Shown here: positions 1 to 8,832 of the stretch, in pieces
How positions within the stretch are numbered: the first letter of the stretch is position 1
Layout: every line of letters starts with the position of its first letter
Origin: a virus
Lineage: Duplodnaviria; Caudoviricetes
Strand: one strand, 5' to 3'
DNA: 33,349 nucleotides
IMG/VR virus record: IMGVR_UViG_3300032321_000208
Coordinates: 1-33,349 of that record
Translations under genes and position numbers: made by a program
The notes under the pieces: generated by a model
Told to the model about the DNA's origin: nothing
Seen by the model: only the letters and a program-made list of their open reading frames with translations
Databases searched by the model: none

Positions 1-344
1 CACATCCATCCAAAGAAGTATCCCTCTGTGTGATAATTGAAATTGTAGATTCTCTTTCCCTTCTCTTTACTCTTCTGCCAATCAATAGGTAGATTAATTA
101 CATCTACACCATCTACCTGTTTAAACTTCTTACGCTTCTTCTTATTAATAGAGAACTCACCGAAGCCAAATGGTAGCTTAGCTTTCTCTCCAGTTTCAAG
201 AATGTAGTTTTTGAATGCTTCGTTAAACGAATAGATGATATTCCTCCACTCATCAAATGTGAGTTTTATTAGAGGATGCTTCTTACAGAAGCTTTTGTAG
301 TTGTCTTTACTGGATGATCTCCAGTCTATTTTAACTCTTGGCAT
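1..344 (-). CDS. IHF/HU-like DNA-binding protein of crAss-like phages (partial, runs off window; not in ORF track)
   Basis: ATG at 344 overlaps the stop of 344..1057 (TAATG). Translation MPRVKIDWRSSSKDNYKSFCKKHP...ILETGEKAKLPFGFGEFSINKKKRKK has the IHF-like 'LPFGFGEFSI' motif. Confidence 0.65.
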   Translation of the reverse strand, partial: MPRVKIDWRSSSKDNYKSFCKKHPLIKLTFDEWRNIIYSFNEAFKNYILETGEKAKLPFGFGEFSINKKKRKKFKQVDGVDVINLPIDWQKSKEKGKRIYNFNYHTEGYFFGWM

Positions 345-1057
345 TATTGTTTGCTTACTTGATCATCTTTATTATCAGATGTTTTATCATCATCAATCTT
401 AAAGTATGTCGAGATTAGTTTCTGCGAGGTTAATTCTAGTACCTGTTTTTCTAGGTATCCTGGACAACCATATTCTTTATCTAAAGGATTCATGCAATAG
501 TCATTAAGATCTACACCATGTGCACAGCAACATTCAGAAAACATTATCTCATTAGGAACATCTTCTTCAAAGAATGCAGCTATTCTCATAGCTTTTAACA
601 ATGGATTATTGATATACAGATATCCATTAACAATCCAATAGTAAGATTGATTCTTGATAATAGGAAGACCTAATAAGTTTAAGTATCTGTTAATTGTTAC
701 TTCTTTAAATCTTGTTCCTTGACCTCCCATAGCATTGATGGACCAAACACCTTGAATAAGGTATTGATAGTTACCTTCTCCAATACGAGGAAGCTTGAAC
801 TTAGTTCTAGCTACATTACATGGATCAACATAATCACAACACTCAGAGATAGGTACTTGCACCATCTCTAAACAAGGGATAGTTGTGAAGATAGTATCCG
901 TAGCCCAAAGCTTACGAAGATTAGTCTCACGTTTAAGTAATAGCTGTGTGCAGTTTTTAATCTCAGACGCAACAACCCTATCAGTGATAAGATTGTCTGT
1001 CGATAGCAATTTGTGCATTGAACGCACGTCTGAAACTAACTTTCTTAATGTTGCCAT
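344..1057 (-). CDS. Virion structural protein, probable tail/neck ring protein
   Basis: 237 aa in the late module. Helical N-terminus, 'YYWIVNGYLYINN' beta core and a helical C-terminus resemble crAss-like ring proteins. Inferred from position and overall pattern. Confidence 0.5.
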   Translation of the reverse strand: MATLRKLVSDVRSMHKLLSTDNLITDRVVASEIKNCTQLLLKRETNLRKLWATDTIFTTIPCLEMVQVPISECCDYVDPCNVARTKFKLPRIGEGNYQYLIQGVWSINAMGGQGTRFKEVTINRYLNLLGLPIIKNQSYYWIVNGYLYINNPLLKAMRIAAFFEEDVPNEIMFSECCCAHGVDLNDYCMNPLDKEYGCPGYLEKQVLELTSQKLISTYFKIDDDKTSDNKDDQVSKQ

Positions 1058-1059
1058 TG

Positions 1060-2307
1060 TTATATTCTTTCTTCAAATTCAGCAATCTTGCCAGTGTCTT
1101 TGTTATAGACTAGAGCAAGTGCTGCTCTAACACTATGAACATAGTTGTTATCTAAGTGCCATCTATCTGTACCAGACAAGCTAGGCATCTGTTGTATTCT
1201 TACACCTTTGACTTCTTTAGCCATGTAGTGGTGTTTATCTCCTGTGTGAACCTCTCTATACTTAGCATATCCAAACATTTGGCTATACTCAGGATGAGTT
1301 GCAAACAATAATGGAAGATCTTCAATCTTACAGTTACCATGATGATAACCAATAAATGTCTCACCCACCATTACACCCTTCACTGTACTATGTTCTCTTA
1401 GAAAAGATACACTAGGATCATTCTTAAAGAATACATCTAGTGCATGTGCTAGGTAATAAGACTTAGTTCTGTCATGATTACCTTGTACTAATACTACCTT
1501 CACATTCTCACAAACCCTACTGATTGCTTTAATAGTGTCTACAAGTAAACTAAAGCCTTGCTCATATTCATCAGCATAATCCATAATGGTGTCCTGTGGA
1601 GTACCATTTGTTGTTTGATGCTGATAGTTATCAGTGTGAAAGAAATCGTTTGATATAGGAAACACAATCGTGTCAATATCATACAATGATGTTACATTAG
1701 AAATAAGAGTTGTAGCAGTTCTATAATATCTTGCACATCTCTCAAATATAGAGTTATCACCATCTATGTGTCTCTTAGCTAAGTGATAATCAGACAGTGA
1801 TAGTTCAACATCTACCATCTTCTGCTCAATATAAGAAGATGTTTGTTTTGGTTCAGGAATGTAGTTAGGAGTATAATTTTGTAGAAACTTTGCAAAGTCC
1901 TCAGCAGTGTAGTCTTTACCTTCTTTTCTCTTAGAGAATACTGAAGAAGTAAATTTACCATTAGGTAAAACCTTAGACCAATAGTTTGTAATAACGTATT
2001 TATCAAGATTAATCTTGTGTAGAGTAGCAAGCTCTATATCATCCTTAGGTTCAAAATCGAGTATCAATGTACTCTCAATAGTTCCTTTCTCAACATTAAC
2101 TTTCTTTACTGATTCATGATACCTTTGAGAGGCAGATTGTAGAATATTAATTGAATCTTGATCATCTTCTCGTAATTCCCTCAATTCTTTTAATAAATTT
2201 TCTACTTCAATTTCGCTAACACCTAGCCTTGCAGCATAGTATGTTTTACTTTTCTTCTGCTTCAAAAGTGCTTGAAGCATTGAAAGTTGATCTTGGTTTC
2301 CCATCAT
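1060..2307 (-). CDS. Calcineurin-like metallophosphoesterase with N-terminal HTH
   Basis: Motifs LSDYH, NDFFH, GNHD, HHG, GDKHH. N-terminal 'TYYAARLGVSEIEVENLLKEL' is HTH-like. Confidence 0.8.
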   Translation of the reverse strand: MMGNQDQLSMLQALLKQKKSKTYYAARLGVSEIEVENLLKELRELREDDQDSINILQSASQRYHESVKKVNVEKGTIESTLILDFEPKDDIELATLHKINLDKYVITNYWSKVLPNGKFTSSVFSKRKEGKDYTAEDFAKFLQNYTPNYIPEPKQTSSYIEQKMVDVELSLSDYHLAKRHIDGDNSIFERCARYYRTATTLISNVTSLYDIDTIVFPISNDFFHTDNYQHQTTNGTPQDTIMDYADEYEQGFSLLVDTIKAISRVCENVKVVLVQGNHDRTKSYYLAHALDVFFKNDPSVSFLREHSTVKGVMVGETFIGYHHGNCKIEDLPLLFATHPEYSQMFGYAKYREVHTGDKHHYMAKEVKGVRIQQMPSLSGTDRWHLDNNYVHSVRAALALVYNKDTGKIAEFEERI

Positions 2308-2334
2308 CCTAGTTGTAGTTTAGTTAAATTGTCC

Positions 2335-2367
2335 TAAATATATAAATTATTTTTTGGAATTACCAAA
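2335..2367 (-). promoter_or_regulatory. Bacteroidota sigmaA-like promoter for the phosphoesterase operon
   Basis: Minus strand TTTG (2367-2364), 21-nt spacer, TATATTTA (2342-2335), a variant of -33 TTTG / -7 TAnnTTTG. Confidence 0.5.
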
Positions 2368-2411
2368 CAATCTTAATCAAATTAATTATATAGCTTAACT
2401 AAGTTAGTTAT

Positions 2412-2447
2412 AAAAAAGAAAACTCCCAGGAGGTTTAGTCCTGGGAG
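2412..2447 (-). terminator. Rho-independent terminator
   Basis: 9-bp stem CTCCCAGGA/TCCTGGGAG (2423-2431/2439-2447) followed on the minus strand by TTTTCTTTTTT. A second small hairpin lies at 2452-2471. Confidence 0.85.
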
Positions 2448-2483
2448 AAACCCTGTAAACCAACAAACAGGATTTTTTGTATC

Positions 2484-3149
2484 TTAAACAGATGTAATAA
2501 CTTGCCAAGCAGATCCTGTATATACATTAAGCTTAGAAGTTGTTGTATTGAAAATAATCAAACCTGCAGCAACAGAAACCATTGCATCTCTTTGACCTGT
2601 AGTCATATTCTTTGCAGTAAGTCCTGGCAAGGATGCTTGATAAGAAGCAATAAGAGTATTTAGATCAGCAAGCTTTACATAGTTAGTATCTACATCTAAT
2701 GCTAGTGCTGCTAAATCTACGTCTGTTGCACAAACTTTATTAATAATAGCCTGAACTATAGCATGAGTATCAGTAGAAGCTGTAACACCAGTTAAGCAAC
2801 CAATGTCATAATCAGCATTTAACGTAGCAACAGAAGCAGCTACAGCAGTAACTTGTGCTTGTAAACTACAAGCAGCTTTTACTAATGCTCTAAATAACTC
2901 AACAGCATTAGGAACTCTACCTACAGGTAAGTATGCTGTAACAAGAGCACAATAATCTCCATCAGCAATTGTAATATCAATACCTGTTCCATCTAAGAAT
3001 GAAACAACATTTTCAATAAGTGCTTCTTCTACAAGTAATAAACTATCACCATTAGCAATTCCTAATGGGATGCTATCTAATCCTGTGTATCTAACACATT
3101 TATCAGATATGATTTCTACACATCCGTTATAACAATTTGTACAAGACAT
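2484..3149 (-). CDS. Cys-rich virion/fibre-associated protein
   Basis: N-terminus MSCTNCYNGC...SDKCVRYTG, a central coiled coil, and a C-terminal 'MTTGQRDAM..AGLIIFNTTTSKLNVYTGSAW' module typical of fibre/adhesin-like proteins. Confidence 0.6.
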   Translation of the reverse strand: MSCTNCYNGCVEIISDKCVRYTGLDSIPLGIANGDSLLLVEEALIENVVSFLDGTGIDITIADGDYCALVTAYLPVGRVPNAVELFRALVKAACSLQAQVTAVAASVATLNADYDIGCLTGVTASTDTHAIVQAIINKVCATDVDLAALALDVDTNYVKLADLNTLIASYQASLPGLTAKNMTTGQRDAMVSVAAGLIIFNTTTSKLNVYTGSAWQVITSV

Positions 3150-3157
3150 TTCTTTTT

Positions 3158-3424
3158 CTATTTATGAATTAAAACTTTTACTCTACTAGCTATCATCTCT
3201 ACAGTAAACATTTCACAATAACAAGGATTACAAAGCTTGTATGTTAATATTTGTTTATAGTGTATTAAGTCAGCAATTACTTCTCCTGGTATATAGTTGT
3301 TTAAAGCAAACACAATATTATTATATTGATTATTAGCTAAGTCTGTTAGCTTACAATCAATATCAGTTAGTAGCACAGGGATACTAGCACAATAAATACA
3401 ATCAACGAGTCTTGGTGTTAACAT
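3158..3424 (-). CDS. Small Cys-rich protein of the structural module
   Basis: 88 aa ORF in the operon with CxxC and CxxCxC. Confidence 0.6.
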   Translation of the reverse strand: MLTPRLVDCIYCASIPVLLTDIDCKLTDLANNQYNNIVFALNNYIPGEVIADLIHYKQILTYKLCNPCYCEMFTVEMIASRVKVLIHK

Positions 3425-3428
3425 TTTA

Positions 3429-3551
3429 TTACTTATTTACAGCTGCTTGTGCTTCTTCTTGCTTAACAGCGTAGTTACAAGCTGAGCAGTAGCCATTTAC
3501 TAATTGACATCCACACCCAACTTTTACGTGACATCTTTTACAATTAGCCAT
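3429..3551 (-). CDS. 40-aa Cys-rich peptide (not in ORF track)
   Basis: MANCKRCHVKVGCGCQLVNGYCSACNYAVKQEEAQAAVNK*. It fills the gap between 3553..4119 and 3158..3424. Confidence 0.7.
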   Translation of the reverse strand: MANCKRCHVKVGCGCQLVNGYCSACNYAVKQEEAQAAVNK

Positions 3552-3552
3552 A

Positions 3553-4119
3553 TTAAGGGAAATTAACTATATAGTTGTTACCAGTACATCCACAATTATT
3601 TCTAATGAAATTATCTAACATAGTGTTAGCTTGAACATATAGCTTATTAGCTGTATCTACTGCACAGTTATTAGCAGCAGCAATAGATCCTTGAATCATA
3701 TACCAAATACTATTTAACTGCACCTTTGCTTGTGTTCTAATTGCTGAGTCACATTCCATCATATCAAGTTTCATAAATGCATTATCAAACTTCTCTTGAA
3801 TCTGTTCAACACGCATAATGCTTTTCTCTACATAATTTTCATATGGAGGAGTCACTGTATACTTTAAGAAATATACACCATCAGGAAGAGGCACGTTACC
3901 TAATCCAACAGCAGTTAATCCTAATGATGTTGAGTTAAATACATTAAAGTCCTCAGGAACAAAAGGAAGAATTACAGGATCAAAACCAGGCATTGTAATT
4001 TCAATACTAGGTGCTGATACATTAGGAGGATTAGTAGGATACGTGGATATATCAGCAATGCCCAATGTTAAAGTATTGAACGTATTGATTACTAATATAT
4101 CTAATTTTAAAGTTGGCAT
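3553..4119 (-). CDS. Putative virion structural protein (beta-rich N-domain plus helical C-domain)
   Basis: 'LPDGVYFLKYTV' beta motif and C-terminal CGC. Lies downstream of the putative auxiliary capsid gene. Confidence 0.55.
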   Translation of the reverse strand: MPTLKLDILVINTFNTLTLGIADISTYPTNPPNVSAPSIEITMPGFDPVILPFVPEDFNVFNSTSLGLTAVGLGNVPLPDGVYFLKYTVTPPYENYVEKSIMRVEQIQEKFDNAFMKLDMMECDSAIRTQAKVQLNSIWYMIQGSIAAANNCAVDTANKLYVQANTMLDNFIRNNCGCTGNNYIVNFP

Positions 4120-4127
4120 ATCGTTAT

Positions 4128-4175
4128 AAAATAATAATGCCAGAGGACAGAGTTTATCCTCTCACCCTCTGGCAT
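4128..4175 (-). terminator. Terminator/processing hairpin after the putative auxiliary capsid gene
   Basis: ATGCCAGAGG/CCTCTGGCAT (4137-4146/4166-4175) with inner AGAG/CTCT, followed by TATTATTTT on the minus strand. Confidence 0.7.
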
Positions 4176-4200
4176 AGGTTATATGATTCTTACCTTCTGA

Positions 4201-5346
4201 TTAAGGAATCAACGTAGTTGTTGTTGAAGTAGAAGGCCAAACAGTAGTAGTAGTACTTGTTGTAGAAGTAATAGGACCACTTTCATTTGTTGCAGTTCCT
4301 AAAGCAGCAGCTAAAACAGCACTAATACCTGAAGATAATGCTGTAGGAGAAGCAATGATTACAGTTGCATCTTCCTTGATATAATCTCCCCACTCATAAG
4401 CAGACTTATCATAGTTGTTAAACTTGATATAGTAAGTGTCATAAGTAGTTCCATCAGTTACCCAAGATTCAAAGTTCTCATTGTACCCAACCATACGGTA
4501 TAAGTGCTTTAAGTAACCAGCTTGGTAGCTATAGAAGTTCTTCTCTAATTGTTGAATCTCAGCAGAAGTACCAGAAACATAAGATGAACGTTGAGTCACC
4601 TCAGCATCAGCAACCATGTTACAATTATCTGCAACAATAAAGTCAGCAGTAGTAGCAGGACCAGCATACACGAATGTACGGAAATAGAAACGGTCATACT
4701 CCCAAGGGAATGCAGCCACGTCGCAAGGTTGTCCATAAACTGTTAATGGCTTACCAGAGATACGTAAGATAGCATCTTGATCATTACCAATACGTTGGAA
4801 TTGGTAGAACTGAGTGAAGTAGATGTTGTCAGGGTTGTTACCTGGAGCATGCTCTTCAAATTTCAAGATGAACGCATCGATTAATGCAGGAACATCAACA
4901 TCAGCACAAGGATCTCCACCACAAGCTAAACATGCACCTTTAACAGTCACTGAACGAGTGAAACCATTGAAGTACAATGTTTGTAAGTAAGAAGAGAAAC
5001 CACGTAATGTGATAGTTACATCAGTACCAGGAGTAACAGTCCAGTTAGAGATATCTGTTACTTGGTTTGCAGGAACTGGATTACCAGTTACTTTGTACCA
5101 CTCAGTTACGTTAGAACCATCAGATGCAATCTTGTCAGAACGCTTTGATCCTTGTAAGTAAGTGTTTGTACGACCTTGAGCTACATAGAAATAAGGTTTA
5201 GCCGCAATGTTACCAGCATTAGCTACTGTGTAATCACTACGGAAGAAGCCTACTTGACCAGCAGTTAAGTTTTCTGTAGATCCAGAACTAGGCAATGTGT
5301 TGCCTACAGGAACTACAAACAGGGTGGTTAATGAGAAATCAGCCAT
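4201..5346 (-). CDS. Probable auxiliary capsid/structural protein
   Basis: 381 aa, beta-rich, third gene after MCP as in the crAss-like capsid module, followed by a strong hairpin. Has a Thr/Ser-rich C-tail. Confidence 0.6.
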   Translation of the reverse strand: MADFSLTTLFVVPVGNTLPSSGSTENLTAGQVGFFRSDYTVANAGNIAAKPYFYVAQGRTNTYLQGSKRSDKIASDGSNVTEWYKVTGNPVPANQVTDISNWTVTPGTDVTITLRGFSSYLQTLYFNGFTRSVTVKGACLACGGDPCADVDVPALIDAFILKFEEHAPGNNPDNIYFTQFYQFQRIGNDQDAILRISGKPLTVYGQPCDVAAFPWEYDRFYFRTFVYAGPATTADFIVADNCNMVADAEVTQRSSYVSGTSAEIQQLEKNFYSYQAGYLKHLYRMVGYNENFESWVTDGTTYDTYYIKFNNYDKSAYEWGDYIKEDATVIIASPTALSSGISAVLAAALGTATNESGPITSTTSTTTTVWPSTSTTTTLIP

Positions 5347-5372
5347 TTGTATATATTAATTAAATTGTTTAC

Positions 5373-6104
5373 TTATTCATTTGTCTTGATTCTGTATATT
5401 GAACTATCAACTGCTGATGCGTTCTCTGTATACATTGCAAGATTTTGTACGGTCAAGTCTAGAATTTCATCCTCTAGATAAGTTTCAAGCTCACAGTCTC
5501 GATCATACGATGGTTCTCCATCTAACATTATATATCCTTCTTTATTCATATAGACTGGATACCTCATGTATGAGATGTAGATATTACTTGGGATGAAGGT
5601 TCCATCAGTAAAGATGGAGATCTCATCTGAGGATAAGAAATTGAATGTCTCTTGATACTCGAATGATGGTCTGTAGTGAGTGTTGTTTAAACAATACTGC
5701 AAATCACCATGTTTAGCAAGATCACGATTGATCCAAATCTTTTTATCCTTACACAATCCTTTACTAGCAATTACATAACTATCTATGTAAAACATGTACT
5801 TAGGAACCAGAGCGTGGATATTTGCAGCCCACTGATTTAACTCTGGATTCTTTAAGTGAAGAGGTAGCTCACCATCATTGTAAGCTACCACTAAACTTTG
5901 CAGGTCTTCATATCTTTTCTTAAAGGCATCTAAGCCCAATCCTGATATGGTGTTCTGACCATCTACTTTTTGCTTTATTAACTTAATCTGAGCCTCATTG
6001 AGAGCTAAGATTTTGTCTTCTAACTGAATCTGTTGATGCTCGTTTGCTGATAGCTTATTTAGTCTTTGGTCAATCTTATATAATAAACTATCTATGGGGA
6101 TCAT
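5373..6104 (-). CDS. Probable neck/tail ring protein (conserved crAss capsid-module gene)
   Basis: Pattern 'ALNEAQIKLIK...FKKRYEDLQSLV...YISYMRYP...CEL..YL.DEILDL.V' and position two genes after MCP. Confidence 0.6.
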   Translation of the reverse strand: MIPIDSLLYKIDQRLNKLSANEHQQIQLEDKILALNEAQIKLIKQKVDGQNTISGLGLDAFKKRYEDLQSLVVAYNDGELPLHLKNPELNQWAANIHALVPKYMFYIDSYVIASKGLCKDKKIWINRDLAKHGDLQYCLNNTHYRPSFEYQETFNFLSSDEISIFTDGTFIPSNIYISYMRYPVYMNKEGYIMLDGEPSYDRDCELETYLEDEILDLTVQNLAMYTENASAVDSSIYRIKTNE

Positions 6105-7069
6105 ACAGCGGCCAGTTTTTTCGTTTTAAGTTTCTGCTCTAAGATCAGTAAATCATCTTGGTGATCTTCATCAATCAAGAACTTAACTAATTCTTCCTCA
6201 TCTATAGCAACTTCGAATTCGCCTTGGTAAATTTTACCATTTGGTTTGACTCTATAAATAGAATGAGTGATTGCTTGTTTTACTAAATCTTTAATATGAA
6301 GAAGGCTTTCTTGCATATCTGCAAATCTACCAAACACTTCAATTGTTGAAAGACCTTGATATTTACCATCTTTGAACTCAGTCTGTTTTAAGATGTTGTC
6401 CACTAGGTTATATACCACTTCGTCTTTACTATCTTCTGATACAGGTAAGCCTAGTAAACGAGCTACTTTACGTTTCTTCTCAGGAGTCATTGAATCAAAC
6501 TTGCTAATAGCACGGTTAATCAATTGTTTCTTCTTGAACACGATTGCATTCTCAATCTCATCATCTACTACATAAAACTGTGTATCTGCTGGATATTCAC
6601 CACGTTCCCAAGATTGATAGCTAGAAGCTATTGTTGGATGAACTCTTAACCAAGCAAAAGCTAACTCTTGCATTGGATTAGTGAAATCAAAGAAGTTATC
6701 ACCATCTAGCAATTTAACTGCTTGTACGTGTAACATATCATCTGCACCTTGTGATAAACCATAGTTCCAAAACTTAGAACGAGGACCTAAATCCACATCA
6801 CCTAATGCATATTCTAGTTTACTACGTAAAGTAGTTACACGTTCGATTTCTAATTGTCTTTCAGTTTCATCACCAATACGTCTAATGTATGCAGCTTCAG
6901 GATTTAATCCTGTACGATACTGACCATCAAGTTCTTTGTAAGGATACTTAAACACTCCTGTACCAGGAATACGTGTCATACCTTTTGCAGCAAGACCACC
7001 TTGCATGGTTTGCATTTGTGCATTGTTGTACTCTTTCTTAATAGTAGAGATTTTTCCTAACTTACCCAT
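6101..7069 (-). CDS. Conserved crAss-like protein encoded immediately after MCP (gene-75-like)
   Basis: 322 aa. Synteny with MCP, 'YRTGL' N-terminal motif, helical C-terminal half. Confidence 0.55.
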   Translation of the reverse strand: MGKLGKISTIKKEYNNAQMQTMQGGLAAKGMTRIPGTGVFKYPYKELDGQYRTGLNPEAAYIRRIGDETERQLEIERVTTLRSKLEYALGDVDLGPRSKFWNYGLSQGADDMLHVQAVKLLDGDNFFDFTNPMQELAFAWLRVHPTIASSYQSWERGEYPADTQFYVVDDEIENAIVFKKKQLINRAISKFDSMTPEKKRKVARLLGLPVSEDSKDEVVYNLVDNILKQTEFKDGKYQGLSTIEVFGRFADMQESLLHIKDLVKQAITHSIYRVKPNGKIYQGEFEVAIDEEELVKFLIDEDHQDDLLILEQKLKTKKLAAV

Positions 7070-7095
7070 ATGTAGTTTAAATTTAATTTGGTTTG

Positions 7096-7238
7096 CAGAG
7101 TGACGTTCATCGAAGAACTTAGCAACTGTGACAGCTCAGTCACTCTGTTTCAAGAAAGAGCTCCCCCTGAGGAGGGAGGATAGGGGGAGGTTCTTTCTTG
7201 TAGCCTGCTGATTAGCAAGCATTTAGGCATGGAGCCTA
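7096..7238 (-). ncRNA. Structured cis-RNA region between MCP and the next gene
   Basis: Two short hairpins (7224-7238, 7203-7220), a long hairpin (7151-7200) and a three-way junction closed by CAGAGTGAC/GTCACTCTG (7096-7147). Confidence 0.6.
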
Positions 7239-7241
7239 GTA

Positions 7242-8795
7242 TTAGAATTGAGGGATTTCTTCAATCAAGACTGTACGAGACAAGTCTTCAATGAACACAT
7301 CACAACGATCCTTCATCCAGATTTCATATCCTGGGAATTTGTTCGCAGAACTCATACCTTGAGACTTAGCAAAGCCTAAGTGGTGACGAGTACCATCGAT
7401 ATAACCCCAAGTCATTGAAGGAGCACCCTTCATACGTACCTCACGGATGTTATTAACCATTGAACCATCAGACATTGGAGATACATCAAACACCATAAAT
7501 ACTGGAGTTGATTTCTTGTTCTGTCCAAATTCTAAGTTAGTTTGAGGAAGGTCTAATTCTTTTAAGTGAATTAATTCAACACGACCAGTCTCACGAGTAA
7601 CCATTGCATCGAATGCAAAGTTGTAAGTGATGTGTTGTCCTTCTCCTTGCATATAACGATTACCTGAATCAGCCATGAAAGTCAAACCTGAATTCAATGC
7701 ATCATTTTTCAAAGCTTGTTGGAACACGTCAAACCCAGCTTCATTAGTGTACATTTTAACACGACGATCCTTAACATCCACACGACGATAGAATAAATCA
7801 CCAAATACTGAACGAATCAAGTTAGCAGTGAATTCTCCACGGTTGTATTGTACTAAGTTACCATTGTTACGCATTCTGTGATAAACACCAGCAGATGTAC
7901 GCTTTAATTCTTGCTTAGAACCATTAGTCTTCACGGTACCAGGCTTAGCCCAGATCATACGCTTAACTTTCAATTCTAACATAGACTTACGCATCCAGAA
8001 CTCAATAAACGGTTCCCACTTAACATCATTACGAGTTAAAGGTAACTGAGCACGACGTTGTGGAGCATATACTAAAATATCTAATGGCTTACCAGAAGAA
8101 TCAACCATCATCTTATCATCAGCCCATTCAGTAATTTTGTGCTCATAACCATATGCAGAACCTAATGATTCAAACATTGTGATTTGCTCACCTAAACGAG
8201 GCAATCCTAATAAGTCTTGATCAAACTCACCAATAGCAGCATCAACTAATTCTAACTCAATACCAGTTTGTAAGAATACAGGAGATACAAAGTCTACAAT
8301 TGGGTTATCACTGATTAAAGTAACAGTGTACAAATAACCTACGTTCCAAGGCTGTGGATCTTTAACCACATAAAAACGAGGACCATACTGACGAGTACCT
8401 ACAGAAACAATTGCGTTCTTAGAGAATTCGTTAGTGTCGATAATGATCTGAAATTCTTGACCATCGATACCTGGCTTATCTAAAGCTAGAGTAGTATCAG
8501 GGATGTCAATAATTTTAGGGAACTTGTAAGGAACCTGTACTTGCCACTTCCAAGCATCACTGTTGTTGTCAATGTAATACGGTGTTGACTTGTTGATCAT
8601 GTCCAAGAAGTCATTGCTGTACAATGAACTCTGAGTGTACAGAGAGATAATATTCTTATCGTAGTCTGCTGGCTCAGTTGAGTGAAAGCTTTCCAAGTGG
8701 TTTGAATCAGTTAACTTACCAACTGCACGCTTGTCCATCGACGCAACGCGAGCATAAGTAAAACCAGTTAAACCTGGGATTGTTTGAATTGCCAT
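7242..8795 (-). CDS. Major capsid protein (crAss-like)
   Basis: 517 aa. 'LTDSNHL' N-terminal motif, order terminase-portal-acidic protein-MCP, and strong downstream hairpins. Confidence 0.85.
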   Translation of the reverse strand: MAIQTIPGLTGFTYARVASMDKRAVGKLTDSNHLESFHSTEPADYDKNIISLYTQSSLYSNDFLDMINKSTPYYIDNNSDAWKWQVQVPYKFPKIIDIPDTTLALDKPGIDGQEFQIIIDTNEFSKNAIVSVGTRQYGPRFYVVKDPQPWNVGYLYTVTLISDNPIVDFVSPVFLQTGIELELVDAAIGEFDQDLLGLPRLGEQITMFESLGSAYGYEHKITEWADDKMMVDSSGKPLDILVYAPQRRAQLPLTRNDVKWEPFIEFWMRKSMLELKVKRMIWAKPGTVKTNGSKQELKRTSAGVYHRMRNNGNLVQYNRGEFTANLIRSVFGDLFYRRVDVKDRRVKMYTNEAGFDVFQQALKNDALNSGLTFMADSGNRYMQGEGQHITYNFAFDAMVTRETGRVELIHLKELDLPQTNLEFGQNKKSTPVFMVFDVSPMSDGSMVNNIREVRMKGAPSMTWGYIDGTRHHLGFAKSQGMSSANKFPGYEIWMKDRCDVFIEDLSRTVLIEEIPQF

Positions 8796-8832
8796 TTTTG
8801 TTTATGTTTAATTTTTACTATTTATTATTGTT

